Under the pieces are notes generated by a model that made no database searches, was not told the DNA's origin, and worked only from the letters and a program-made list of their open reading frames with translations. A DNA stretch of 64,000 bases from Malacoraja senta (lineage: Eukaryota): positions 124,001-188,000 of the forward strand of contig JAXLNO010000831.1 in NCBI GenBank assembly GCA_038087875.1, read 5' to 3'. How positions within the stretch are numbered: position 1 is the first letter of the stretch; each line of letters begins with the position of its first letter. The position numbers and the translations under genes are program-made. Positions 63,273 through 64,000 of this stretch are shown here, in pieces.

Positions 63273-64000
63273 CTGAGCATTGGCAGACATGTTTTAATAA
63301 ATCGGGCTGTTTTTTTTCAAATTTTGTTTCAGAGGTCACGGTACTGATCAAGAATGCCTGATGGGGTCATGGGGCCAAAAAGGTTAAGAACAACTGCTCT
63401 AAAGCTTAAAATTAAAGGGGCTAATAAAGGCCACAAAGTGGCTTTAGTGAGTCGGATTACAGAAAATCCCACATCTTTTTCAAGGTTTCATGGTTAGTTT
63501 ATTGTCACATATACCAATTAAGGTACATCGAAATGCAGACTACCATACACCATACAAAAAAAAAGCAACAAGACACACAATAACGTAAAAGTTAACATAA
63601 ACATCCACAACAGAGGAGCCCGCACGTTCCTCACTGTGATGGAAGGCAATAAAGTCTAATCTCCTTCCTCTTTATCTCCCGCGGTCGGGGCAGTCAAACA
63701 ATCTGCAGTCGGTGGTTGAAACCCCCGTTGGGGAATCGAAACTCCCGCATCGGAGCGGTCGAAACTCCTGCGGCTTGGAGGTCCCGGATGTCGGTCTCGA
63801 CCGAGGACCGCGGGCTCCGCGATGTTAAAGTCTTGCAGGCTCTCACAGTTGGAGCCCTAAAGTCGATCCCTGACAAGGATCGCGAGCTCCATGATGGTAA
63901 GTCCACAGGCTCCTGCGATGGATCTCCCGGTCGATCTCTAGCAAAGGCCGCCATTCCTCAATGTTAGGCCGCATTGTGGACAGAGATACGATACAGAAAA

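Larger units (their letters stand above)
59155..63396 (+). mobile_element. hAT transposon, Buster/Charlie group, with nested insertions
   Basis: TIRs CAGTGGTTCTTAACCT / CAGTTGTTCTTAACCT (15/16). 8-bp TSD ctccaaag / ctctaaag (central TA in the right copy, typical of Buster). Confidence 0.92.

Overview
Eukaryotic, repeat-saturated DNA, inferred to be from a cartilaginous fish (skate/ray-like repeat content: HE1/V-type SINEs, CR1, L2, Rex1/Babar, Penelope). One host gene is recognisable, on the + strand: an MHC class I heavy-chain gene of a divergent, probably non-classical lineage. It has a leader exon at 16767-16839 with a rare GC splice donor, preceded by an X1-X2-Y-like promoter module. A 29.3-kb intron 1 leads to an alpha-1 exon at 46122-46380 that carries a frameshift at codon 6 (pseudogene or assembly error). 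No alpha-2 or alpha-3 exon was found in the window. A chain of four phase-compatible small exons plus AATAAA at 351-8149 may be the 3' end of an upstream gene (low confidence). The rest is transposable elements: a structurally complete DIRS1 tyrosine-recombinase retrotransposon with near-perfect termini but decayed ORFs, inserted without TSD into a Rex1/Babar LINE; a near full-length Tx1-clade LINE; a Buster-type hAT containing a second hAT with a perfect 8-bp TSD; a young L2 fragment; MITEs; and about 30 Penelope terminal-repeat copies whose consensus is a minimal type I hammerhead ribozyme. Coordinates of degraded repeats are approximate and no database searches were run.
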